Positions 14,582-21,697 of a stretch of 32,000 nucleotides of DNA are shown in pieces. Both the position numbers and the translations under genes were made by a program. The notes below the pieces were generated by a model. It made no database searches. It worked only from the letters and a program-made list of their open reading frames with translations, and had not been told where the DNA came from. The DNA comes from an uncultured Alphaproteobacteria bacterium. Its GTDB lineage: Bacteria; Pseudomonadota; Alphaproteobacteria; Rs-D84. The stretch covers positions 360,001 through 392,000 of the forward strand of contig OZ007020.1 of NCBI GenBank assembly GCA_963931495.1, in the 5' to 3' direction. Positions within the stretch are counted from its first letter, which is position 1. Every line of letters begins with the position of its first letter.

Positions 14582-16399
14582 ATGAAAAACACGTTTGGCA
14601 TTTCAACATTAGCAATCACATTGGCCATAGGGGCATTTGTGTGTGACGCAAATGCGGCGGCAACTGTTCGGGCATTGGGGGGCAGTGGAACGTATTCCAG
14701 TGCATCCAGTGCATCGTCTGGTTCGTCGGCCACAACACGGGGCAGTTCGGTCAGTGTTGCACCGGTGGCCAGTTCTGGGTCGTCGGGCGTCGCGGCAACC
14801 GGTGGTGGAACAACCACGGGGCGGGTTTCAACAATGCCACGTCTGTCGTTGGGCAGTTATTTGACCGGTGCAATTAATTCCAGTGGCGGAATGCTGCGGC
14901 CGGTGGTGTCGGGTGATGATTCTTCGTCGTCTGGTTCGGGGTCTGGGTCAACAGGTGGTAATATGACCCCCGGGGCATCCGCGGAAATTATCAAGGAAAT
15001 TGACCGGTTGCATTCAGATGTGGAAAGTTTGCGCGCATCAGATGAAAGTCTGTTGGAAAGCATGGATGCCAAGCAGGATGTTTTGGTTCCGACCGAAGAT
15101 GGGTATGTTGTTATTGACAATAATGAAATCTTTTTGGACGTTGAAAATTTAAGTAATGCATTAGAAGAACTGGTTGATGATGGTCGTGAAGTAGAAATTG
15201 ATTATGATGGCGAATATGTTGTTTGGCGTTATGTCGGTGATGCAGTGTGGAATAATTTGATATCCAAGGAAGATATTACCGGACCCCAAGGACCCGAAGG
15301 ACCCCAAGGTCCCCAGGGCGAGGCCGCCAATCTGGACGCATATTCAACAACAGAACAGATGAATTTTGCAATTGCAAATGCAATTGGTGCGCTGGCTGAA
15401 ATATACGCAACGAAAACAGAATTAACAAAGTATCCGACGTCTGATACTGTGGCGGCAACATACGCGACCAAGGCGGAATTGGCGAAATATCCAACCGCGG
15501 ATACGGTTGTTGCAACCTATGCAACCAAGGAAGAGTTAAAGAACTATCCCACGTCTGAAACAGTATCGGCAACATATGCAACAAAAACAGAGTTGGCGAC
15601 CAAGGCAACGACCGAGGCACTGGAACGTGGATTGGCGGCCAAGGCAGATGCCGCGGCATTGGATAACTATGTTAAAACAGGAACACTGACCCAGTATTAT
15701 TATGACAAGGCCGGGGTTGATAATCGTATATCTGAAATTGTGTCGGGGGATTTAAGTACTGCGTTGACACAATATGTTAAAACAGAAGATATGAATACGG
15801 CATTGGCGGGCAAGGTTGATAACGAAGATATGGTCAACTATGCAACGGTTGCAACGGTTGATACCAAGGCGGATAAAACAGCGGTGGAATCGTTGGCACT
15901 GACGGTTGCAGATGTTGATACAGTCGCAACATCGGCGGCCCAGGGTGTTGATACGGTGTCTGATTTGGTGGATGAGGTTATTGGGCATGTAAAACAGAAT
16001 AAAACGGCAATTGGAAATATGCAGACTGTCGTAGGGGCGGGGGAATTGTCAACCGAAGCGCGAACAATCGTGGGGGCCATCAATGAAATAACAGGTCGGG
16101 TGGACGATTTACCAACACAGAGCAATTTCCAAGAAGTTAATCAAGCTATCACCAGCATAGAAAATGCATTGGAAACCAAGGTTGAAACGACCGAATTAAA
16201 TGAAATCGCCTTTACCGGCCAGATTACAAATGAAAATGTGGCGGAAAATGCGGGGATTTCACGTATTAAATTATCATCGGATGTTCAAGATTCTTTGGAT
16301 CGTGCCGATGAAGCGGTGGTTGTTGATGGTATCGGTTCAAATCGTATCTTGGGAACAGACGACGCCGGTCAAGAAACGTGGTACGAAATTGTTATGTAA
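14582..16399 (+). CDS. Secreted tail-fibre-like / collagen-like repeat protein (fibre array gene 1)
   Basis: Signal peptide ..AFVCDANA-AA, then a Ser/Gly-rich linker. WRYVGDAVWNNL is followed by GPQGPEGPQGPQGEA. Three YPTxDTVxATYATKxEL repeats, heptad-like A/T/K/D-rich stalk, IVGAINEI box, C-terminal GTDDAGQETWYEIVM. Confidence 0.8.
   Translation: MKNTFGISTLAITLAIGAFVCDANAAATVRALGGSGTYSSASSASSGSSATTRGSSVSVAPVASSGSSGVAATGGGTTTGRVSTMPRLSLGSYLTGAINSSGGMLRPVVSGDDSSSSGSGSGSTGGNMTPGASAEIIKEIDRLHSDVESLRASDESLLESMDAKQDVLVPTEDGYVVIDNNEIFLDVENLSNALEELVDDGREVEIDYDGEYVVWRYVGDAVWNNLISKEDITGPQGPEGPQGPQGEAANLDAYSTTEQMNFAIANAIGALAEIYATKTELTKYPTSDTVAATYATKAELAKYPTADTVVATYATKEELKNYPTSETVSATYATKTELATKATTEALERGLAAKADAAALDNYVKTGTLTQYYYDKAGVDNRISEIVSGDLSTALTQYVKTEDMNTALAGKVDNEDMVNYATVATVDTKADKTAVESLALTVADVDTVATSAAQGVDTVSDLVDEVIGHVKQNKTAIGNMQTVVGAGELSTEARTIVGAINEITGRVDDLPTQSNFQEVNQAITSIENALETKVETTELNEIAFTGQITNENVAENAGISRIKLSSDVQDSLDRADEAVVVDGIGSNRILGTDDAGQETWYEIVM
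15281..15325 (+). repeat. Collagen-like run, five G-X-Y triplets
   Basis: gga ccc caa gga ccc gaa gga ccc caa ggt ccc cag ggc gag gcc translates to GPQ GPE GPQ GPQ GEA. Confidence 0.9.
15428..15598 (+). repeat. Three tandem 57-nt (19-aa) coding repeats
   Basis: KYPTSDTVAATYATKAELA / KYPTADTVVATYATKEELK / NYPTSETVSATYATKTELA. The units are diverged at synonymous sites. Confidence 0.9.
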
Positions 16400-16420
16400 C
16401 AGAGCAGAATGGGAACGTAA

Positions 16421-17584
16421 ATGAAAAATAAAAAAATTGTTTTTTGTGGATTTGCGGCGACATTACTGATGGCGGGTACCGCGAATGCGGCGGTGAAAAT
16501 TGCCAGCCAAGAATACGTTGATCGTGTTGATAATGTTATCGCGGAAAGCGTTGATTCTGTTCAGACCCAGGTTACAGAATTGGATACCGTTGTTAATGAC
16601 CCGGATACAGGGCTGGTTAGTGGGGTTGCGGATTTACAATCCCAGATTTCGGGCAAGCAAGATGTTGCGAATTTAACCCAGACCATAAATGATGAATCCC
16701 AGGAAACACAATATCCATCGGCGGCGGCGGTTAATACGGCAATCAAAGATGCAACAACAGGACTGGTTGGCAGCGAAGATTTAGAAGATTTGGCCGGTGA
16801 TGTAAATGCGCTGAACACAAATGTTATCCAGTTGCAATTTGATGTAAAGTCAAAACAGGATTCTTTGAATGATAATCAAATGAATGCGGTGAATTCTGGG
16901 ATTACTGCGGACAAGGTTACACAGTATGATGAATATGCAACCCAGATTGCGGCCAAGCCAGACGCAGCATCGTTGGCAACAGTGGCAACAACAGGATCAT
17001 ATAATGATTTGAAAGATGCGCCGGCACCGATTGTCGTTGATGCGACGTTAAGTGCAGAAAGTACAAATCCGGTTCAAAATAAAGTTATTAATGCCGCATT
17101 GGCAACCAAGGCCAGTACCCAGGATGTTTCTGATATCGCCGAAGATGTGACGATATTGGAATATCTGGTTAATAACGAAGATACAGGCTTGTCGGCCCAG
17201 GTTGCAGATATTGCTACCGCGGTTGAAACAGCGCAATCGGGTGTTGATTCGTTGACACAAACAGTCGGTAATGCCGAAGGTGGACTGGTCAAAGATGTTA
17301 CAGATTTGCAAGGCGATATGTCTGGCAAGCAAGATGTGGCAAGTCGTGAAAATACAATCACTGATGATGATACAAAATATCCATCATCTGGGGCGGTGTA
17401 CGATGCGTTGGCAACCAAGGCTGATGTTGATGCAACGTATACCAAAGAAGAAACAGACAACCAAATCACTACATTGGCAATACCACGGCCAAGTGATGAA
17501 TGTATGGCATCGTCAGGGGTGTGTGTGTTGTCGGTAACCAGTTCTGGTGACTTTGCATGGGTTAATGTGGCGTATCCAGATTAA
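16421..17584 (+). CDS. Secreted tail-fibre-like protein (fibre array gene 2)
   Basis: Signal peptide ..MAGTANA-AVKIASQEYVDRVDNV. Two YPSxxAV boxes (TQYPSAAAVNTAI, TKYPSSGAVYDALATKAD). VATTGSYNDLKDAP. C-terminal PRPSDECMASSGVCVLSVTSSGDFAWVNV. Confidence 0.8.
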   Translation: MKNKKIVFCGFAATLLMAGTANAAVKIASQEYVDRVDNVIAESVDSVQTQVTELDTVVNDPDTGLVSGVADLQSQISGKQDVANLTQTINDESQETQYPSAAAVNTAIKDATTGLVGSEDLEDLAGDVNALNTNVIQLQFDVKSKQDSLNDNQMNAVNSGITADKVTQYDEYATQIAAKPDAASLATVATTGSYNDLKDAPAPIVVDATLSAESTNPVQNKVINAALATKASTQDVSDIAEDVTILEYLVNNEDTGLSAQVADIATAVETAQSGVDSLTQTVGNAEGGLVKDVTDLQGDMSGKQDVASRENTITDDDTKYPSSGAVYDALATKADVDATYTKEETDNQITTLAIPRPSDECMASSGVCVLSVTSSGDFAWVNVAYPD

Positions 17585-17642
17585 TTTGGCTGGGGCAAAA
17601 CAAAGAGATATAAAGAGAAAAAAATAAAACAGGAGAAAACAA

Positions 17643-18917
17643 ATGAAAAAATTAACCGCAGGTATATTTGCAACCTTATTAGCTGTTGTGTCGGTTGGTG
17701 CCGCACGCGCTGATATCGCGTCCAGCCAATATGTTGATGACAAGGTTGATACCGTTGAAACATCTGTAACAACATTGTCTGGACGGGTTGATACCGCCGA
17801 AGAGGGAATTGAAACATTGGGAACAAAATTGGATGCCAAGTTGGATTCTGCAACAGCGGCCAGCACGTATGCAACCCAATCAGCATTAACAAGTGGTTTG
17901 GCGAACAAGCAAGATAAAGCACTGATTACATCAGCAGAATATGCGGAACATATATCCAGTGAAACAGGTTATCCATCTGTGGCGGCAGTAGAAGCGGCAA
18001 TTGATGCGGCAACCGATGGGGTGGTTACCGATGTGTCGGACAAGGTTGATATTGCCCAGGGCGCTGGTGCCGCGAACAAGGCTGTTATTACTGGGGCGGA
18101 TGGTAATATTACAACTGGTGAAGTTACCAGCGGCATGATTGCAGATGGTACAATCGTTAATGCAGATATTTCCGCATCGGCGGCCATTGAGGCATCAAAA
18201 ATTACAGGTCTGGGTGGTTTGGCCAGTCAAGATACTGTTGGTGCCGGTGATATTGAAGCGGGCGCAATCGTTAATGCAGATATTTCCGCGTCGGCAGCCA
18301 TTGATCAATCAAAAATTAATGGATTAGAAGCATCGTTGGGTGCAAAAGAAAATGTTGCTAATCGTGTTACAACGACAACATGGAATGCAAACAAGAACAG
18401 TGATGAAATGTATCCGACAGCGGGTGCGGTCAATGCCGCAATTACAACCGCAACGTCTGGTATTACAACAGATATATCTGAATTGACGACCCAGGTTGAA
18501 GAAAATACCCAGGGTATCGCTGATAACGCAAGTGATATATCAACCAATACATCGGCGATTGGTACTTTGACCAGTTTGACAACCACAGAACAAGGAAACT
18601 TGGTTGGTGCGATTAATGAAGTGGCCGGTGAGGTTGCGGATGTTTCGGGTGATATTGCATTAAAACAGAATATCACAGATAACACATTCACAACAGCGGC
18701 GAAGACGGTACCGGGTGCTGTTAATGAATTGAAAACCGCGGTTGATGCGGCCGCAGATGCGGCAGAAGCAGCCCAGACGGCGGCCGATGCCAAGATCCCA
18801 ATGCCAAGTGGCGAATGCAGCAACCCAACAAACAAATGCGTATTAGTATCAAATGGTACAAGTTCGTTTGAATGGGAAGTTGTTGCCCGTGGTGTGTCAC
18901 CGGATGTTGGTGAATAA
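17643..18917 (+). CDS. Secreted tail-fibre-like protein (fibre array gene 3)
   Basis: SD aggag. Signal peptide ..VSVGAARA-DIASSQYVDDKVDTVETSV. YPSVAAVEAAI and YPTAGAVNAAI boxes. Duplicated IVNADISASAAIxxSKIxGL module. LVGAINEV. C-terminal PMPSGECSNPTNKCVLVSNGTSSFEWEVV. Confidence 0.8.
   Translation: MKKLTAGIFATLLAVVSVGAARADIASSQYVDDKVDTVETSVTTLSGRVDTAEEGIETLGTKLDAKLDSATAASTYATQSALTSGLANKQDKALITSAEYAEHISSETGYPSVAAVEAAIDAATDGVVTDVSDKVDIAQGAGAANKAVITGADGNITTGEVTSGMIADGTIVNADISASAAIEASKITGLGGLASQDTVGAGDIEAGAIVNADISASAAIDQSKINGLEASLGAKENVANRVTTTTWNANKNSDEMYPTAGAVNAAITTATSGITTDISELTTQVEENTQGIADNASDISTNTSAIGTLTSLTTTEQGNLVGAINEVAGEVADVSGDIALKQNITDNTFTTAAKTVPGAVNELKTAVDAAADAAEAAQTAADAKIPMPSGECSNPTNKCVLVSNGTSSFEWEVVARGVSPDVGE
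18135..18330 (+). repeat. Internal duplication with 114-nt (38-aa) period in fibre gene 3
   Basis: The copies starting at 18153 and 18267 share 36 of their first 38 nt (atcgttaatgcagatatttccgc[a/g]tcggc[g/a]gccattga). Confidence 0.85.
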
Positions 18918-18933
18918 TTTTACCGATAAGATT

Positions 18934-18964
18934 CTGTGTGTGATGCGTGGTGCGTCACACACAG
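18934..18964 (+). repeat. Strong hairpin built on (TG)n/(CA)n between fibre genes 3 and 4
   Basis: ctgtgtgtgatgc..gcgtcacacacag gives about 13 bp including G-U pairs, with a small loop. No U-tract follows. Confidence 0.6.
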
Positions 18965-19038
18965 AAGGATAAAAATGGGTATAAGTGGTGCGCAACGTAA
19001 CGGTAATGTGAACATTTAGTTTTGTTTATGTAAATGTG

Positions 19039-20073
19039 ATGCTGAAAGTTAAAAATATTTTTGCTGTTTCTGTTATCGCGATAATGACAGTTGGCGGGGC
19101 GTTGGCTGATATTGCATCTGTAACGTATGTTGATGATAAGTTCAGCACCGTTGAAACCGATGTTACGGGAAATGTCACAGGGGACGGGAATGTTGTAACC
19201 ACAATTTCAGCCAGTGGTAACACGGTTACCGCGACCAAGGGAATAACCGCCGAAGAAATTAAAAACAAGGTTGAAAGCATTCGTGATTCTGGGACGGCAA
19301 CAAACACGGCGTATCCATCAGAACGTGCGGTTGCAATTGCGTTGGCGGTCAAGGCAGATTCCAGCACTGTTTCCGCAATGCAAAGTGATATAGATGCCGC
19401 CGGTGCCGCCGCCGCCGAGGCCAAAGAAGCGGCCAGCAGTGCAGAAAGTGCAGCAACAGAGGCATCAGAAGCCGCCGCCGCCGCCACCGCAGCGGTCGCG
19501 AACAAGGTTACGGCGAATGCCGCAATCACGGGTGGCACAGCAACAAAAATTACATTTGATGCCAAAGGATTGGTTACGGGTGGGGCCAATTTGACCGCTG
19601 ATGATATTCCAACGGTTCCAAGTACAAAAGTTTCGGGGCTGTCAACAGTCGCAACGTCGGGGTCGTATGATGATTTGACGGACAAGCCGTCTATCCCAGC
19701 GGCATATACTTTGCCGGCGGCGACATCGGCGGCGTTGGGCGGTGTTAAATCGGGCGGTGATATTTCTGTTTCCGCAGATGGTATTGTGACAGTCAGCAAT
19801 GCTGCATCGGCGGACAAGGCGACAACGGCCACAACCGCAACGAATGCAACCAATGCAACAAATGCGACGAATGATGCCGGCGGTAATAATATTGCGAGTA
19901 CGTATGCAACCAAGTCGCAAATAACGGCATTGAACAGTTCATCCACAGGTACGGGTGCCGTTGTGACCGCTGTGTCACAATCAGGTGGCAAGGTTTCAGT
20001 GACCAAGGGCAATGTTCAAATTCCTGTGGGCAGTGCGACCGGAACATCGTATGCCACGATATGGGTTGAATAG
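19039..20073 (+). CDS. Secreted tail-fibre-like protein (fibre array gene 4)
   Basis: Signal peptide ..MTVGGALA-DIASVTYVDDKFSTVETDV. YPSERAVAIALAVKAD, an Ala/Glu-rich coiled segment, VATSGSYDDLTDKPSIP, LPAATSAALGGVKSGGDISVSADGIVTV, ATNATNATNATN, C-terminal GTSYATIWVE. Start is GTG 19036 or ATG 19039, and the SD is weak. Confidence 0.75.
   Translation: MLKVKNIFAVSVIAIMTVGGALADIASVTYVDDKFSTVETDVTGNVTGDGNVVTTISASGNTVTATKGITAEEIKNKVESIRDSGTATNTAYPSERAVAIALAVKADSSTVSAMQSDIDAAGAAAAEAKEAASSAESAATEASEAAAAATAAVANKVTANAAITGGTATKITFDAKGLVTGGANLTADDIPTVPSTKVSGLSTVATSGSYDDLTDKPSIPAAYTLPAATSAALGGVKSGGDISVSADGIVTVSNAASADKATTATTATNATNATNATNDAGGNNIASTYATKSQITALNSSSTGTGAVVTAVSQSGGKVSVTKGNVQIPVGSATGTSYATIWVE
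19820..19873 (+). repeat. Low-complexity 9-nt coding repeats (ATT ATT ATN ATN ATN ATN)
   Basis: gcgacaacg gccacaacc gcaacgaat gcaaccaat gcaacaaat gcgacgaat. Confidence 0.8.
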
Positions 20074-20110
20074 CCTGTGCTGTGTGTGGACCAAGGTTTA
20101 CATAATAACA

Positions 20111-20138
20111 AAAAAGCGCCGTTTGGCGTTTTTTTTGT
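20111..20138 (+). terminator. Rho-independent terminator after the fibre array
   Basis: aaaaagcgcc-gttt-ggcgtttttttt, 38 nt after the stop at 20073. Confidence 0.8.
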
Positions 20139-20146
20139 TTCGGACT

Positions 20147-20169
20147 GGGTACCCCAGGTGGCAGGTCCG
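20147..20169 (+). repeat. Left copy of a roughly 21-nt direct repeat flanking the IS200 remnant
   Basis: gggtaccccaggtggcaggtccg here, compared with taccccaggtggcggggtccg at 20611-20631. Confidence 0.75.
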
Positions 20170-20581
20170 ATGAATGCGGATAATCCAAAATTTTTGTTCT
20201 GGGATATTGGTATGAATTTAATGTTGGGGTTGCATTATGTCTGTCACGGCCGGTATCATGTACGTTTAGCGGCCGCATGGCGTCGTAAAACATTCAACGA
20301 TGGCATGTTTAGTTTTTTCAAGAAGTGCGCAGAAATAATTTGTAAATGTTACCCACGGATAAAAGTATTAGAAATAAAACACAATAGAGATTATATATAT
20401 ATTTTGATATCGCCAGCGCCGTCATTGTCTGGGGGGGGTAACGCGATTAGCACGATAAAAACAAATACCAGCAGCCAGATGAACAATATATTTTAGGTAT
20501 GGACAGTAATTGGCCTGAGGAATGTTTTTTATCAATGGCATAGATGAAATGATGGTCAAAAAATACATTGAACAACAGTGA
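20170..20581 (+). pseudogene. IS200/IS605-family tnpA (Y1 HUH transposase) remnant
   Basis: YHVRLAAAWRRKTF..KVLEIKHNRDYIYILISPAPSLS..IKTNTSS parallels the recalled IS200 TnpA YHIVFAPKYRRQAF..RILEAECCADHIHMLLEIPPKMS..LKGKSS. The HUH motif reads YIY. The tail (..LA*GMFFINGIDEMMVKKYIEQQ) is only recovered in another frame through two stops. Confidence 0.7.
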
Positions 20582-20610
20582 TAAAAAGATTTGGGACGAC
20601 ATGTGGTCAA

Positions 20611-20631
20611 TACCCCAGGTGGCGGGGTCCG
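20611..20631 (+). repeat. Right copy of the direct repeat flanking the IS200 remnant (contains a small hairpin)
   Basis: taccccaggtggcggggtccg. acccc and ggggt can pair. Confidence 0.75.
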
Positions 20632-20663
20632 TGTGATTATTTATTAGCACAACTGATACGGGT

Positions 20664-20691
20664 AAAAAAATCGGGGACATGTTGCCCCGAT
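20664..20691 (-). terminator. Rho-independent terminator for the minus-strand Cys-rich gene
   Basis: The plus strand reads aaaaaaatcgggg-acatgttg-ccccgat. On the minus strand the stem is followed by T7. Confidence 0.8.
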
Positions 20692-20759
20692 TTATAACAT
20701 GTGTTGGGGATGTTAATGTTTATTAATCATTGCTGATAATATGCATTTTTATCACACGC

Positions 20760-21635
20760 TCAACTGCCGGTGGTATCACTGCCGGTGAATTTATTTGGTA
20801 TAACATAGCATTCTGTTATAGAAACAGTGCCAGGGGTTGCAGAACCGCCAACACCGATAGAGCCGTCGTTTATTTCGCCCGGGCCGGCGGTCGTTTGGGT
20901 ACCAGATGAATGCGATGGGCATGGGGTGCAATATGATACTATGCTGCCGGCGAAATTTGCATTAGGTACCCCGTAAAATCCCTTGGGGCATCGCGTTTGT
21001 TTATTCATGTACGTCATGCATCTGTTGCCACTGCATGCTTTCTTTGTGCGGACCTGGACCGCGTTTGAACCACTGTATGCCATTTCCCATGCTGTTGGAA
21101 CGCATGTTGATTCATCGCATGTGCCACCAGTGGTGCCACCACCACCAGTATTGCTGGCCAAAGAATCACTCATACATTTATAATAGGTTACATTACTGCA
21201 TCCCAAAATAGTGTGTTTTACGCGTGTGTATCCAGATTTACATCCGCTGGCGGATTTAATATAGTATTGAATACCATCTGCATCAAAACATATGTTTGTG
21301 GTACCTGTGGCCCCAGGATCGCCCATCACAGATGCCGTTGAACCAAAGTCTATGAATTCCGTGCGTTCATATATATTGGTGCATCCCGCAGACAGGCATT
21401 GAGCATATCCACCGCCGCCGCCACCACCACCACCGGAATCGCCACAGCGACGACAACATGCGGTGTTTACAATGTCAAGGCATGTCATGCATCCACTGAT
21501 GCATTCGGATACGTTATCCCAATCTAAGTATGATTCAGGAATGTTGGCACTGAATGCAGGCGTATTGAAACACAGGCAACATAACACAGAAAACACCCCG
21601 CCATGCCAAATGGCGGCATTTGATTTTATATACAT
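20760..21635 (-). CDS. Secreted cysteine-rich repeat protein, family member 2 (with Gly9 tract)
   Basis: ATG at 21635 follows gggaga. MYIKSNAAIWHGGVFSVLCCLCFNTPAFSA is signal-like. Cys-rich motifs include CISGCMTCLD, CCRRCGDSGGGGGGGGGYAQC and RCPKGFYG. The C-terminal module is CTPCPSHSSGT...SITECYVIPNKFTGSDTTGS. Confidence 0.75.
   Translation of the reverse strand: MYIKSNAAIWHGGVFSVLCCLCFNTPAFSANIPESYLDWDNVSECISGCMTCLDIVNTACCRRCGDSGGGGGGGGGYAQCLSAGCTNIYERTEFIDFGSTASVMGDPGATGTTNICFDADGIQYYIKSASGCKSGYTRVKHTILGCSNVTYYKCMSDSLASNTGGGGTTGGTCDESTCVPTAWEMAYSGSNAVQVRTKKACSGNRCMTYMNKQTRCPKGFYGVPNANFAGSIVSYCTPCPSHSSGTQTTAGPGEINDGSIGVGGSATPGTVSITECYVIPNKFTGSDTTGS
21408..21434 (-). repeat. (GGN)9 trinucleotide tract encoding Gly9
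   Basis: The plus strand reads tcc acc gcc gcc gcc acc acc acc acc. Confidence 0.9.
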
Positions 21636-21657
21636 ATTTTTGTCTCCCACTTTTGTT

Positions 21658-21687
21658 GTTGTGAATGCCGAATTTGTCATTCACAAC
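21658..21687 (-). promoter_or_regulatory. Perfect 10-bp palindrome at the transcript start of the Cys-rich gene (operator or 5' hairpin)
   Basis: gttgtgaatg (21658-21667) and cattcacaac (21678-21687) with a 10-nt spacer. It lies between the predicted -10 and the SD. Confidence 0.55.
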
Positions 21688-21697
21688 ATTTGCATTT

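Noticed and set aside
15281-19873. CRISPR-like or other non-coding repeat array
   Set aside because: All periodic sequence here is in-frame coding repeat (9-, 57- and 114-nt periods) inside ORFs. There are no repeat-spacer structures and no cas genes.
19026-20012. 328-aa minus-strand ORF, plus the similar antisense ORFs at 18305..18835, 17513..17908, 17074..17469 and 15838..16125
   Set aside because: These mirror-image ORFs are generated by Ala/Thr/Val/Gly-rich codons of the fibre genes. They are low-complexity A/V/S strings with no start context, and the + strand products have signal peptides, SDs and conserved modules.
14582-20073. Reading the fibre genes as part of a prophage or phage tail module
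   Set aside because: No capsid, portal, terminase, tube, sheath, tape-measure, baseplate, holin/lysin or fibre-chaperone genes lie within 13 kb on either side. All four ORFs carry N-terminal signal peptides, which phage fibres normally lack. The integrase at 26108 is separated from them by housekeeping genes and is dead.
14582-20073. Trimeric autotransporter adhesins (YadA-like)
   Set aside because: The stalk-like composition is compatible. However, the last roughly 90 residues do not show the four-strand amphipathic anchor ending in an aromatic residue. The C-termini are ..WYEIVM, ..AYPD, ..PDVGE and ..IWVE.
20077-20496. 139-aa ORF as an intact hypothetical gene
   Set aside because: Its 5' part runs through the fibre-array terminator, and the remainder is a disrupted IS200 tnpA (see findings).
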